A stretch of 62,441 nucleotides of DNA from an uncultured Desulfobacterales bacterium (GTDB lineage: Bacteria > Desulfobacterota > DSM-4660 > Desulfatiglandales > JALVZP01): contig CAZMNC010000150.1 in NCBI GenBank assembly GCA_964567535.1, positions 1-62,441 of the forward strand, in the 5' to 3' direction. Made by a program: the position numbers and the translations under genes. Every line of letters begins with the position of its first letter. Within the stretch, counting starts at the first letter, position 1. Shown piece by piece: positions 28,634-37,686 of the stretch. The notes below the pieces were generated by a model, which was not told the DNA's origin, did no database searches, and saw nothing but the letters and a program-made list of their open reading frames with translations.

Positions 28634-29704
28634 TTATTTTTTTACCATATCTGAAATGAATTTAGGTACTTGATAAAGTGGCACAACCTTATCTGCAAGA
28701 CCTGCTTCAACTACCGCCTTAGGCATCCCCCATACTACAGAACTACTTTCATCTTGAGCTATTATATAAGCTCCTTTTTCTTTTAAAACTTTTGCTCCTT
28801 TCAAACCATCACTTCCCATACCTGTTAATATTATAGCCAATGTCTTTCCATTATAAACCTCAGCTACAGATCTGAAAAGCACATCTACTGCAGGCCTGCA
28901 ATTATTTTCTGGAGGTCCTTTATGAAGTCTGATTTTCACGATTCTATCTTTATTATTCACTTCCATATGATAATCTCCAGGTGCTATATATATAACACCC
29001 GCCTTTACCAATTCGCCGTTTTCTGCCTCTTTTACCTTAAGCCGACACAATTTATCAAGTCTTTCTGCAAATTGTGATGTAAACACAGGGGGCATATGTT
29101 GAACAATAAAGATAGGAACAGCAATATGAGGATCTAAATTAGACAGGAGTTCCTTTAAGGCACTTGGTCCTCCTGTAGAAACACCTATTGCCACAGCCTC
29201 TTTTTTGCGTATAGGAAGAGATAATGCCTTAGGTAATGGTTTAGATTTACTAATTATTTTATGAAAATGCCTGTTAGCAGTAATAGCAGACCTCTTTTTT
29301 ACATAACATATCTTTATTTTTGGAACCAGAAGTGACGCAATTTTATTAATATTTTGGGAAAAGGAGTTATTTGAAGGTTTTGGCACAAAATCAAAAGCAC
29401 CCTTTTCAAGTGCATCAAAAGTCATTTTAGCACCTGCTTGGGAATGGGAAGAAAAAACAATTATACCTATATTCATATTTAATTTATTTAAATAGTCAAG
29501 TGTTTCCAATCCATTCATCTCTGGCATTTCTAAATCAAGGGTAACAACATCAGGTTTTAATCTATTTATTAAATCTATTGCAATCCTTCCATTAGCAGCT
29601 GTTCCCACTACCTCTATTTGTGGATCTTGAGAAATAGTTTTAGTGATTATTTTTCTATAAACAGCACTATCATCCACTACCAACACCTTTATTTTGCTGT
29701 TCAT
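28634..29704 (-). CDS. cheB: Protein-glutamate methylesterase CheB
   Basis: N-terminal receiver (VLVVDDSAVYR, TLDLEMPEMNG) plus methylesterase domain (IGVSTGGPSAL, QHMP, LTGMGSDG). Confidence 0.9.
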   Translation of the reverse strand: MNSKIKVLVVDDSAVYRKIITKTISQDPQIEVVGTAANGRIAIDLINRLKPDVVTLDLEMPEMNGLETLDYLNKLNMNIGIIVFSSHSQAGAKMTFDALEKGAFDFVPKPSNNSFSQNINKIASLLVPKIKICYVKKRSAITANRHFHKIISKSKPLPKALSLPIRKKEAVAIGVSTGGPSALKELLSNLDPHIAVPIFIVQHMPPVFTSQFAERLDKLCRLKVKEAENGELVKAGVIYIAPGDYHMEVNNKDRIVKIRLHKGPPENNCRPAVDVLFRSVAEVYNGKTLAIILTGMGSDGLKGAKVLKEKGAYIIAQDESSSVVWGMPKAVVEAGLADKVVPLYQVPKFISDMVKK

Positions 29705-30069
29705 ATATCCTCCATAAGCATGTTTATCTTTGCAACAAGCATCTCATGATCAAAAGGTTTCATTAAATATTCATCAGCCCCTGCATTTAAAGCCTCAATA
29801 ATACTATCTTGTTGGTTTTCGCTTGTAACCATCATTATCTTTATATTTCTCCAATCAGGGTTTTTGCGAACAATTTTTAAAAATTCATAACCACTCATAC
29901 CAGGCATATTCCAATCCAAAAGTATCAAATCAAAGAAACCATGCTCATAAAGAATATGCAGTGCTTTCTCTCCATTCTCTGCTTCTAATACTTCACAATT
30001 AATACTTTTTAATATCTTTTTCATTATTCCTCTAACTGCCTTAGAATCATCAACTACAAGCACTTTCAT
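29701..30069 (-). CDS. cheY: Chemotaxis response regulator CheY (second copy)
   Basis: Receiver domain: VLVVDDSKAVR, LILLDWNMPGMSG, EYLMKPF. Confidence 0.9.
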   Translation of the reverse strand: MKVLVVDDSKAVRGIMKKILKSINCEVLEAENGEKALHILYEHGFFDLILLDWNMPGMSGYEFLKIVRKNPDWRNIKIMMVTSENQQDSIIEALNAGADEYLMKPFDHEMLVAKINMLMEDI

Positions 30070-30085
30070 GATAAACTCCTAATAT

Positions 30086-30496
30086 TTATTGTTTTTGTAT
30101 AGCTTCTGAATCCAAAATAATAAGAAGATTATTAGAAAGTTTACTTATGTTTTTTATATATTTAGTGTCTATCCCTTCCAAATGATCAGGAACAGGTTCC
30201 ATATCTTTTTCATCTACACTAATTACGTCCCCTATCTCTTCAACAAGAAGACTTACAGGTTCATCAGAAGTTTTTATTATGATATGATAATATATATTTC
30301 TATTTTCATCATATGTTAAGTTTAGTTTCTTTGCTAAATGAATAGCTGTAATTATTTGTCCTCTTAAATTGATTATTCCTTCTACATAATATGGGCTTTT
30401 GGGTACATATGTAATCTCAAAAGATCTCTTTATCTCCATAACATCTTCTACAGGAAGAGCAAATAAGAAATTACTAAAATAAAAAGTAATAAACAT
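30086..30496 (-). CDS. cheW: Chemotaxis coupling protein CheW
   Basis: 136 aa single CheW domain (VEGIINLRGQIITAIHL, LLVEEIGDV). Confidence 0.85.
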   Translation of the reverse strand: MFITFYFSNFLFALPVEDVMEIKRSFEITYVPKSPYYVEGIINLRGQIITAIHLAKKLNLTYDENRNIYYHIIIKTSDEPVSLLVEEIGDVISVDEKDMEPVPDHLEGIDTKYIKNISKLSNNLLIILDSEAIQKQ

Positions 30497-30510
30497 AAGC
30501 GTTCACCTCC

Positions 30511-33081
30511 TTAAGCTACTTTCTTAAGGCGCTTTTCAAGTAAATCTTGTAATGTATCCACTAATCTTTCCAATTTAAGCTTTGGCACATAATCATCTAT
30601 TCCTACATCTTGACCTTTTTTGATATCCTCTTCATTATTAAAGGAACTAATAGCTATGATAGGCATATGACCCATTCTTTCATCATTCCTGACCTTCATA
30701 CTTAATTCCAAACCATCCATATTTGGCATAACTATATCAGTAATTAATATATCAAAATCATATTTCTGCAATTTATCCCAAGCATCTTTGCCATCTTTTG
30801 CAGTAGTTATTTCATACCCAAAGGTAGATAAATAAGATTTTATTAAATTTCTATAAAATGTAGAATCTTCAGCTAAAATAATATTGTAAGATTTCATACT
30901 ATGACTTCTGAACCATTCAGGATTATAAAGTTCTATTATTTTATAAACATCAACAAACAATGTGGTATGTTCTCTAACAATAGCAGAACCAAGAATACCT
31001 TCAAATTGGTACAATTCTTCATCAAGTTCATAATAGGCATGAATACTATCCACTATTTTTGAAGCAAGAAATGCTATATCCCTTCCTCCTATATCAAATA
31101 CAATAATATTATACTCATCCCTATCTGATATAGGATTTATAGGCATAAACTGATCTAATCTTATCAAAGGCATACTATAACCTCTATATTGAACCACCTC
31201 CTTACCAGCCACATTCTCTATTTGATCAGCCTTTATTCTGTCCAATCTGGCAACTAATGCCAATGGTATTGCAAAGTATTCTCCAAAGTCTGAAATTTGA
31301 AATACCAAAAAGAATTGGCCTTCCTCTTTATTTCCCTTATCTTGAGTTTCTATTTTCATGCCTTCTGATTCCTCTTTCTTTATATCTAATACAGAAGATA
31401 TTCCCACAATATCCAATATAAGAGCAATCCCTCCGTCACCCATAAGAGTTGCACCAGCATATATAGGTATGCCTTGCAGATGTTTACCAAGGGGCTTAAC
31501 CACAATTTCTTCCGAATCCCATATACTATCAACTACTAAACCAAACTCTAATGTCCCTGAATTTAAAATTACAATACTCATCTTATCTTTTTTTCCATTT
31601 TCTTGAAGTCCTAAAATTTCATCTAAATAAAAAATAGGAATTATTTCATTTCTTAAGCGATAAAATTTAGAATTTCCTATGATCTGGATATCTTTATTAA
31701 TCTCATCTTTATGTAAAATAACAAGTTCTTTTAAATTAACTTGGGGTATCGCATATCTACGGTCATGACAATTCACTATTAATGCAGGAATAATAGCCAG
31801 TGTGAGAGGAATCTTCATTCTTATAGTAGTTCCTTCTCCTTTAGCCGTATATATATCAATACTTCCACCAAGCTTTTCTATATTTGTCTTAACAACATCC
31901 ATACCTACACCACGACCTGAAATATTGGTAACTTTATCAGCTGTAGAAAACCCGGGTTTAAATATCAGGTTAACTGCTTCTCTTTCAGACAATGTAGATG
32001 CCTCCGCTTCAGTGATAAGCCCTTTCTCAATGGCTTTTTTCTTAACCTTTTCAATATCAATTCCCGCGCCATCATCTTTTATCTCTATTATTACCTGACC
32101 ACCTTCATGATATGCCTTTAATAAAAGATGACCCATTGCTGGTTTTCCTGCTTTAACCCTCTCTTCAAGAGACTCTATCCCATGATCCACAGAATTTCTT
32201 ATTATGTGAGTCAATGGGTCTTTTATTGCTTCGATAATAGAACGATCCAATTCTGTATCTGCACCTTCAATACTCAGTTTTATTTTTTTATTTGCTATTC
32301 TTGCCAAGTCTCTTACTATCCTTGGAAATTTATTGAAAACAGTACCAATAGGTTGCATCCTTGTCTTCATTATCTCTTCCTGAAGCTCTGTAGTTACAAG
32401 AGATAATCTCTGAGTAGCAGAAATTACCTCAGGATCATTGATAACATTTGCTATCTGAACAAGCCTATTCCTCGAAAGAACAAGCTCTCCAGCAAGATTC
32501 ATTAGCTTATCTAATAATCCTATATCTACCTTAATATGAGTCTCTGTTAAATGAACCACAGGAGCTTTCATATCTTTGGTATCTTTATCTTGCGAAGCCA
32601 ATTGTTTACTTTCTGAAAAATGCTCATCTTCAGCTTTATTATCACTATTTTCTGGCTTATCCTCGTTTTTATGTTTTACCATCTTTTCAAGATTATCTGC
32701 GAATCCTCTTACCTTTTTTATAAACTCTTTATACGTTTCATCTTCTGGTTCTCTCTTTTCTTTTTCTATATAAGCTACTATTGCCTTGATATAGTCTGTC
32801 GCCTTTAGAAGTATATCTATAATTTCCTGATTAGCAGAAACAACTCCGTCTCTTAGCTTTGCTAATATATCTTCTGCGGCATGGGATATAGCTTGAAGAG
32901 TATTAAATCCAAAAAAACCTGATGTGCCTTTTAAAGTATGCATTATTCTAAAAATACTTGATATAAGTTCTTTATCATCAGGTTTTTGCTCAAGCTCAAT
33001 AAATTTTTCATCTAATTGCTCTATATTCTCCTTTGATTCCACCAAAAAATCTTGCAATATATCGTCATCCATTTCCATCAT
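30511..33081 (-). CDS. cheA: Hybrid chemotaxis histidine kinase CheA with two CheW-like domains and a C-terminal receiver
   Basis: Hpt (RIMHTLKGTSGFFG), dimerisation and HATPase domains (HIIRNSVDHG, DDGAGID, GRGVGMDVV), P5 CheW-like domain, a second CheW-like domain (FLVFQISDFGEYFAIPLALV..), and a receiver (IILAEDSTFYR, ILITDIVMPNMDG). Confidence 0.9.
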   Translation of the reverse strand: MMEMDDDILQDFLVESKENIEQLDEKFIELEQKPDDKELISSIFRIMHTLKGTSGFFGFNTLQAISHAAEDILAKLRDGVVSANQEIIDILLKATDYIKAIVAYIEKEKREPEDETYKEFIKKVRGFADNLEKMVKHKNEDKPENSDNKAEDEHFSESKQLASQDKDTKDMKAPVVHLTETHIKVDIGLLDKLMNLAGELVLSRNRLVQIANVINDPEVISATQRLSLVTTELQEEIMKTRMQPIGTVFNKFPRIVRDLARIANKKIKLSIEGADTELDRSIIEAIKDPLTHIIRNSVDHGIESLEERVKAGKPAMGHLLLKAYHEGGQVIIEIKDDGAGIDIEKVKKKAIEKGLITEAEASTLSEREAVNLIFKPGFSTADKVTNISGRGVGMDVVKTNIEKLGGSIDIYTAKGEGTTIRMKIPLTLAIIPALIVNCHDRRYAIPQVNLKELVILHKDEINKDIQIIGNSKFYRLRNEIIPIFYLDEILGLQENGKKDKMSIVILNSGTLEFGLVVDSIWDSEEIVVKPLGKHLQGIPIYAGATLMGDGGIALILDIVGISSVLDIKKEESEGMKIETQDKGNKEEGQFFLVFQISDFGEYFAIPLALVARLDRIKADQIENVAGKEVVQYRGYSMPLIRLDQFMPINPISDRDEYNIIVFDIGGRDIAFLASKIVDSIHAYYELDEELYQFEGILGSAIVREHTTLFVDVYKIIELYNPEWFRSHSMKSYNIILAEDSTFYRNLIKSYLSTFGYEITTAKDGKDAWDKLQKYDFDILITDIVMPNMDGLELSMKVRNDERMGHMPIIAISSFNNEEDIKKGQDVGIDDYVPKLKLERLVDTLQDLLEKRLKKVA

Positions 33082-33116
33082 TGTACCCTTCCTCCTTTTA
33101 GGATTACCTATATTCT

Positions 33117-33148
33117 TTTTCGGAAAATAAAAACAGATTTTCGGAAAA
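33117..33148. promoter_or_regulatory. Two copies of the 11-bp palindrome TTTTCgGAAAA spaced 21 bp start to start
   Basis: TTTTCGGAAAA at 33117-33127 and again at 33138-33148, in the divergent cheA/fliC intergenic region. Each copy is an inverted repeat TTTTC-N1-GAAAA. Confidence 0.5.
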
Positions 33149-33221
33149 ATTTAGAAAACATTATTTAGAAATAAATATTAAAAAAACATATGCTTAATAA
33201 ATAACCAAATTAAAAAAATAT

Positions 33222-33248
33222 CGAACATGTTAAACAAGTTACCGATAA
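33222..33248 (+). promoter_or_regulatory. Sigma28 (FliA)-like promoter of fliC: CGAACAT-N13-CCGATAA
   Basis: CCGATAA (33242-33248) matches the sigma28 -10 core GCCGATAA. CGAA lies where TAAA sits in the TAAA-N15-GCCGATAA architecture. The -10 ends 38 nt upstream of the fliC ATG. Confidence 0.55.
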
Positions 33249-33286
33249 CATAAACCAAGAAAACAAAATAAAAGGAGGTTGGGACT

Positions 33287-34117
33287 ATGGCTATTAGAAT
33301 TGCAACAAATGTTTCAGCATTAAATGTAGTTAACTGGCTTTCTCGAGCCCAGAATGGGCTTGATAAAGCATTAGAAAGGTTAACTTCTGGTTACAGAATT
33401 AATCATGCAGCAGATGATGCAGCAGGACTTGCTATTAGCAATCAATTTAGGCATGAGATTGCTGGGCTTCAAACAGCTTACAACAATGCTTCTCAGGCAG
33501 TTAATATGGTGAGAACAGCAGAAGGAACAATGGATAGATTAGTAGATATGACAAAACGTTTAAAAGAATTAGCAGTAGAAGCAGCATCAGATACAGTAGA
33601 TAGTTCAAGGAGATCTACACTTAATTCAGAAGCTCAACAGATTATAGATGAAATGGTAAAGCTGGCAAAAAGTACAAAATATGCTGGAATAAATCTGTTT
33701 AGCAATAGCTCTGATACAACTTTTACATTTGGTGTTGGTCTCACAAGCGATTCTTCTAACCTAATTACTATAACGATAAATAAAGTTACATCCTCATCTG
33801 ATTTAGGATTGCAGACCATTAATCTTTCAAATCTTACCAGTGCTCAGGCATCTTTGGACTACATTGACAATGCTTTGTCCAGCATAAACAATTGGTTAGC
33901 TAATGTAGGTAGGACAGAAAATAAACTTACATATAGACAGGCAAACCTTCAAACCATGATACAAAATTATACTGCTTCAGACTCTGTTATAAGAGATGCA
34001 GATATGGCCGCAGAAATGGCCAGTTTTACAAAGAATCAAATATTGGTACAGTCTGGTATGTCAATGTTAGCACAGGCAAATTCATTACCCAATAACGTAT
34101 TAACATTATTGAGATAA
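33287..34117 (+). CDS. fliC: Flagellin (short form, no large D2/D3 insert)
   Basis: Conserved termini: MAIRIATNVSALN..LERLTSGYRINHAADDAAGLAISN at the N-terminus and ..IRDADMAAEMASFTKNQILVQSGMSMLAQANSLPNNVLTLLR at the C-terminus. RBS AAAGGAGG 8 nt upstream. Confidence 0.92.
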   Translation: MAIRIATNVSALNVVNWLSRAQNGLDKALERLTSGYRINHAADDAAGLAISNQFRHEIAGLQTAYNNASQAVNMVRTAEGTMDRLVDMTKRLKELAVEAASDTVDSSRRSTLNSEAQQIIDEMVKLAKSTKYAGINLFSNSSDTTFTFGVGLTSDSSNLITITINKVTSSSDLGLQTINLSNLTSAQASLDYIDNALSSINNWLANVGRTENKLTYRQANLQTMIQNYTASDSVIRDADMAAEMASFTKNQILVQSGMSMLAQANSLPNNVLTLLR

Positions 34118-34123
34118 AATAGA

Positions 34124-34157
34124 GGAGCCAGTGGTATCCCATACACCCTCTGGCTCC
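34124..34157 (+). terminator. Hairpin downstream of fliC (possible attenuating terminator)
   Basis: GGAGCCAG (34124-34131) pairs with CTGGCTCC (34150-34157), with an inner GTAT/ATAC pairing. It starts 7 nt after the fliC stop. No U-tract follows, so it may be a partial terminator or a stabilising hairpin. Confidence 0.45.
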
Positions 34158-34175
34158 CCTTAATGAGGGGTTATA

Positions 34176-34544
34176 ATGAAGATCCTGGATATTTCTTATA
34201 ACAATTTTATGGAAATTGTCAAAGAGAAAATTCAGGCTGACGTAATAAAACCTCATCATATAGTAAGTAAACATATAAATAAAATAAGTGCTAAAAGTTC
34301 AGAATCTATTAACAAAGACCAGCTATTTAAAGAAATAAAAAAGTTTTTTAAAAAATTGCAGCATAGTAATTATACAGTAAGTATAAGTTTTCATGAAAAA
34401 ACCAAAACTTATGTAATAAAGGTTATTGATAAAGAAACAAAAAGAGTGGTTAGAGAGGCTCCATTGGAAAAAATTCTCGATATAATCTCCTTTATTGAAG
34501 ATCTTATAAAGAAAAGAAAATCTAATCATATAATAAGGAGGTAA
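34176..34544 (+). CDS. flaG: FlaG-family flagellar protein
   Basis: 122 aa. C-terminal block ISFHEKTKTYVIKVIDKETKRVVREAPLEKILD matches the FlaG pattern (..vkvvD.etgevIReiP.e..l.). Position between fliC and fliD is typical. Confidence 0.7.
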   Translation: MKILDISYNNFMEIVKEKIQADVIKPHHIVSKHINKISAKSSESINKDQLFKEIKKFFKKLQHSNYTVSISFHEKTKTYVIKVIDKETKRVVREAPLEKILDIISFIEDLIKKRKSNHIIRR

Positions 34545-34551
34545 ATCAAAT

Positions 34552-36645
34552 ATGCCAAGTGATTTTGCTATAAGTGGGCTGGGATCTGGCATGGATTGGT
34601 CATCTCTTATAGACAAGATTATGGAAATAGAACACAGACCTGTTGATCTTTTAGAACAGAGAAAGCAAGATTATCAAAACAAATTATCTGCATGGCAAGA
34701 AATAAATACTAAGTTATTATCTTTAAAAACAAGTGCTGAAGATATAATGTCAGAAGATGACTTTGATGTGTTTACTACTCAATTATCAAGTAATAGTAGT
34801 ACTAATGCAGAAGATATTTTACTTGCCACTTCAGGCAGTGATGCCTCACCTGGAACATATAGTATAAGAGTTTTATCTGTTGCGACACCAGAAAGTATAC
34901 AAAGTAAAAGCTTTACTGATAGCGATTCAGCTCTTGGTATCTCTGGTGATATATTAATAAACGGGCAATTAGTATCTATAGACAGTACAGATACTTTAAT
35001 GGATATAAGTGGAAAGATTAATTCTCTTAATAGTGGCGTAGTTGCATCAATAATTGAATTAGGAACAAATCAATATAGATTATCTCTTACAGCAGAAGAT
35101 ACAGGATCAGAGGGTATGACTATTCTTAATGCAAGTTCTAATAATGTACTGCAGGATCTGGGTCTTGCTGGTAGCAGCAAGACTATTCTCCATAGAAGCA
35201 GTAATGGTGCAGAAAGTAATCGTTTTAGTGATTCAACCACTGCGATTGGCAGTTTATTATCGCTGTCATCCGCACCTTCAGGCACTGTTCAGATTGCGGG
35301 TATAAGTGTAGCTATCGACCTTTCCACAGATAGTCTTACCGATATAGTAGATAATATTAATACAGCATGGCAAGCAGCTGGTAATACAGGAAATATTGCT
35401 GAGCTAAATCAAGATAGTAATGGCTACTATATCACAATAGATAGCACTAATATTGTTGACTCTAATAATGTATTAGAAACATTAGGAGTATTAAAAAGTC
35501 AACAAGAAGCCACAACAGAAGTTCAACAAAATAGTATTGCTCTTACATCAGGAGGAAATCCTGTAACTGACTCTACTCTTATTACAGATATTGATACTGA
35601 TACAGGAAATCCAAAAGTTGGAGAAACCATAACTATTTCTGGAACAGACCATGATGGAAATACAGTACAATCCACATTCACAATCAGTTCTACTTCTACA
35701 ATAGCAGATTTATTATCCAGCATTGAAAGTGCATTTAATAATACAGTAACTGCAACTGTAACATCTGATGGATATATTCAAATAACAGACAATACCTCAG
35801 GAAATAGTCAGTTATCTATTCAGCTATTGGCCAATAATGAACAAGGAGGAGGTCTGAATTTTGGAGAATTTACAGAAACAGTAGAAGGGTATGATATGGA
35901 AACCAATAGTGGCCAAGATGCACAAATAGAAGTAAATGGGAATATTATAACCTCAAACTCAAATACCATAACTGATGTTATACCTGGTGTTACTTTAAAT
36001 ATTAAAAAAGCAGATCCTGATACCACTGTAACTTTAAATGTGGAACATGATATAGACACAATAATAAATAATATAAAGACCTTCTTTAATAATGCTAATG
36101 ATCTTATAACCTATATTAATAATCAGTACGAGTTTGATGAAGACAATCCAAAACCTCTTAGTGGTGACCTTACTTTACATATGTTAAAGATGGATCTAAC
36201 AGATAATTTAAGAGATCCTGTAAGTGGATTGGATAGTAATAAAAATTTTCTTTCCTGGATAGGCATAACTACAGATGATAGAGGAATATTTTCTATTGAT
36301 GAAGAAACATTAAGAGAAAAGTTAGCTAATAATTTCGATGATGTAAAAAATCTTTTTATATCTACAGATTCAACAAATGGCGTTGCTGCGCGAATAGACG
36401 ATTTTGTAAATAATGTGACAGACAGTTTAAATAATGGGTATGTATCAGTAAGAATAGATACCCTTAATGATACAATTTCAGATATAGATGACGAAATCCA
36501 AACTATGGAAAGATCATTAGCAATAAAAAGAGAAACACTTAATCAACAATATAATGCACTTGAACAATTTGTAACTCAAATGCATCAAATGACTAATTGG
36601 CTTAATATGCAGTTTAACTTGCATATAAGTACTAATAATGGATAA
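34552..36645 (+). CDS. fliD: Flagellar filament cap protein FliD
   Basis: N-terminal ISGLGSGMDWSSLIDKIMEIEHRPVDLLEQRKQDYQNKLSAWQ and C-terminal coiled-coil (..KRETLNQQYNALEQFV..) are FliD signatures. Long Ser/Thr/Asn-rich middle region. Confidence 0.9.
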   Translation: MPSDFAISGLGSGMDWSSLIDKIMEIEHRPVDLLEQRKQDYQNKLSAWQEINTKLLSLKTSAEDIMSEDDFDVFTTQLSSNSSTNAEDILLATSGSDASPGTYSIRVLSVATPESIQSKSFTDSDSALGISGDILINGQLVSIDSTDTLMDISGKINSLNSGVVASIIELGTNQYRLSLTAEDTGSEGMTILNASSNNVLQDLGLAGSSKTILHRSSNGAESNRFSDSTTAIGSLLSLSSAPSGTVQIAGISVAIDLSTDSLTDIVDNINTAWQAAGNTGNIAELNQDSNGYYITIDSTNIVDSNNVLETLGVLKSQQEATTEVQQNSIALTSGGNPVTDSTLITDIDTDTGNPKVGETITISGTDHDGNTVQSTFTISSTSTIADLLSSIESAFNNTVTATVTSDGYIQITDNTSGNSQLSIQLLANNEQGGGLNFGEFTETVEGYDMETNSGQDAQIEVNGNIITSNSNTITDVIPGVTLNIKKADPDTTVTLNVEHDIDTIINNIKTFFNNANDLITYINNQYEFDEDNPKPLSGDLTLHMLKMDLTDNLRDPVSGLDSNKNFLSWIGITTDDRGIFSIDEETLREKLANNFDDVKNLFISTDSTNGVAARIDDFVNNVTDSLNNGYVSVRIDTLNDTISDIDDEIQTMERSLAIKRETLNQQYNALEQFVTQMHQMTNWLNMQFNLHISTNNG

Positions 36646-36660
36646 GGAGGGAAAGGTAGA

Positions 36661-37071
36661 ATGCAAGCAAACAGAACATATGAAGATGTAGAGATGAATA
36701 CAATGCCCAAAATAAATCTTGTCATAATGTGCTATGATAAGATTATAGATCTTTTAGAAAAGGCAATTAATGAGATAAATACTAAAAAATATGACAATAA
36801 ATCTGAATTGCTTTCAAAGGCCATTTCTATAATAACTGAACTAATGTCCGCATTAGATTTTAAAAAAGGCAAACAAATTGCTCATGGATTGAATAATATA
36901 TATTTATATTGTATTAACAAAATAATAGAAGCTGATAGTACTGATAATTCAGATGTACTAAAAGATGTTATATCTATTTTAAGTGAATTAAATGATGCGT
37001 GGAAGATGATAGCAAAAAAAGAATTTAATAAAACTTCTCATTATGACAATTTAAGGATACAAAGTGCATGA
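36661..37071 (+). CDS. fliS: Flagellar export chaperone FliS
   Basis: 136 aa four-helix type. LVIMCYDKIIDLLEKA and IYLYCINKIIEA blocks. Position after fliD. Confidence 0.85.
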   Translation: MQANRTYEDVEMNTMPKINLVIMCYDKIIDLLEKAINEINTKKYDNKSELLSKAISIITELMSALDFKKGKQIAHGLNNIYLYCINKIIEADSTDNSDVLKDVISILSELNDAWKMIAKKEFNKTSHYDNLRIQSA

Positions 37072-37474
37072 TACACTTTTTGTACTTTTAGATAAAAAAA
37101 TAAAGGCGCTTGATAAACTTTTAGAATTAGATGACATGTTAATGGGATTCTTGGAGAAAGAAGATATGGATTCAGTAGCGTCTTTAATGGAAAAAAAATT
37201 TTTAATAATAAATGAAATAAAAGGGATAGACAGGCGACTACACAGAGAAAAGAAAAAAAATAAAAATTTTTATGAACAGCAAAGAGATAAATTCCGATAC
37301 ATAAACAGAAGGCTAACAAAGCTAAAAGAAAAGGAGGAAAAATTGCTTTCTATAGCTCATGAGAAAATGAAAAAAGTAGAAACAGATCTTTATATTATAG
37401 AAGAGATAGAAAAAGTAAGAAAAAAATATAAGATAAACCAGCCCAAGAGAAATATATTTGAGAGGATAGGATAA
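37064..37474 (+). CDS. Coiled-coil hypothetical protein (possibly a FliT/FlgN-type chaperone analogue)
   Basis: 136 aa, Lys/Glu-rich helical protein. GTG start overlaps the fliS stop. No family recognised; the functional guess rests on position only. Confidence 0.45.
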   Translation: MHDTLFVLLDKKIKALDKLLELDDMLMGFLEKEDMDSVASLMEKKFLIINEIKGIDRRLHREKKKNKNFYEQQRDKFRYINRRLTKLKEKEEKLLSIAHEKMKKVETDLYIIEEIEKVRKKYKINQPKRNIFERIG

Positions 37475-37686
37475 TGCCAGACCCTATTCAAGTAGTAGAA
37501 AACATAGCTCGAATATATGAGAGTAGATATATAAAAAATGGTGAACAAAGACCTAAGAAGCTCTCATCTAACAATAGATATGTAGATGAAGTAGAAATAT
37601 CTATTGAAGGTAAGAAAAAACAAATTTTGGAAAATATTGTATTGGAAGCAATAGATGAATTACCAACCAAGACTTTTGAAAAATAG
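37474..37686 (+). CDS. Small hypothetical protein (70 aa) coupled to the flagellar operon
   Basis: Start overlaps the upstream stop (TAATG). No family recognised. Weak resemblance of DEVEISIEGKKK to the FlgM-type D.V.lS segment is not sufficient for a call. Confidence 0.4.
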   Translation: MPDPIQVVENIARIYESRYIKNGEQRPKKLSSNNRYVDEVEISIEGKKKQILENIVLEAIDELPTKTFEK

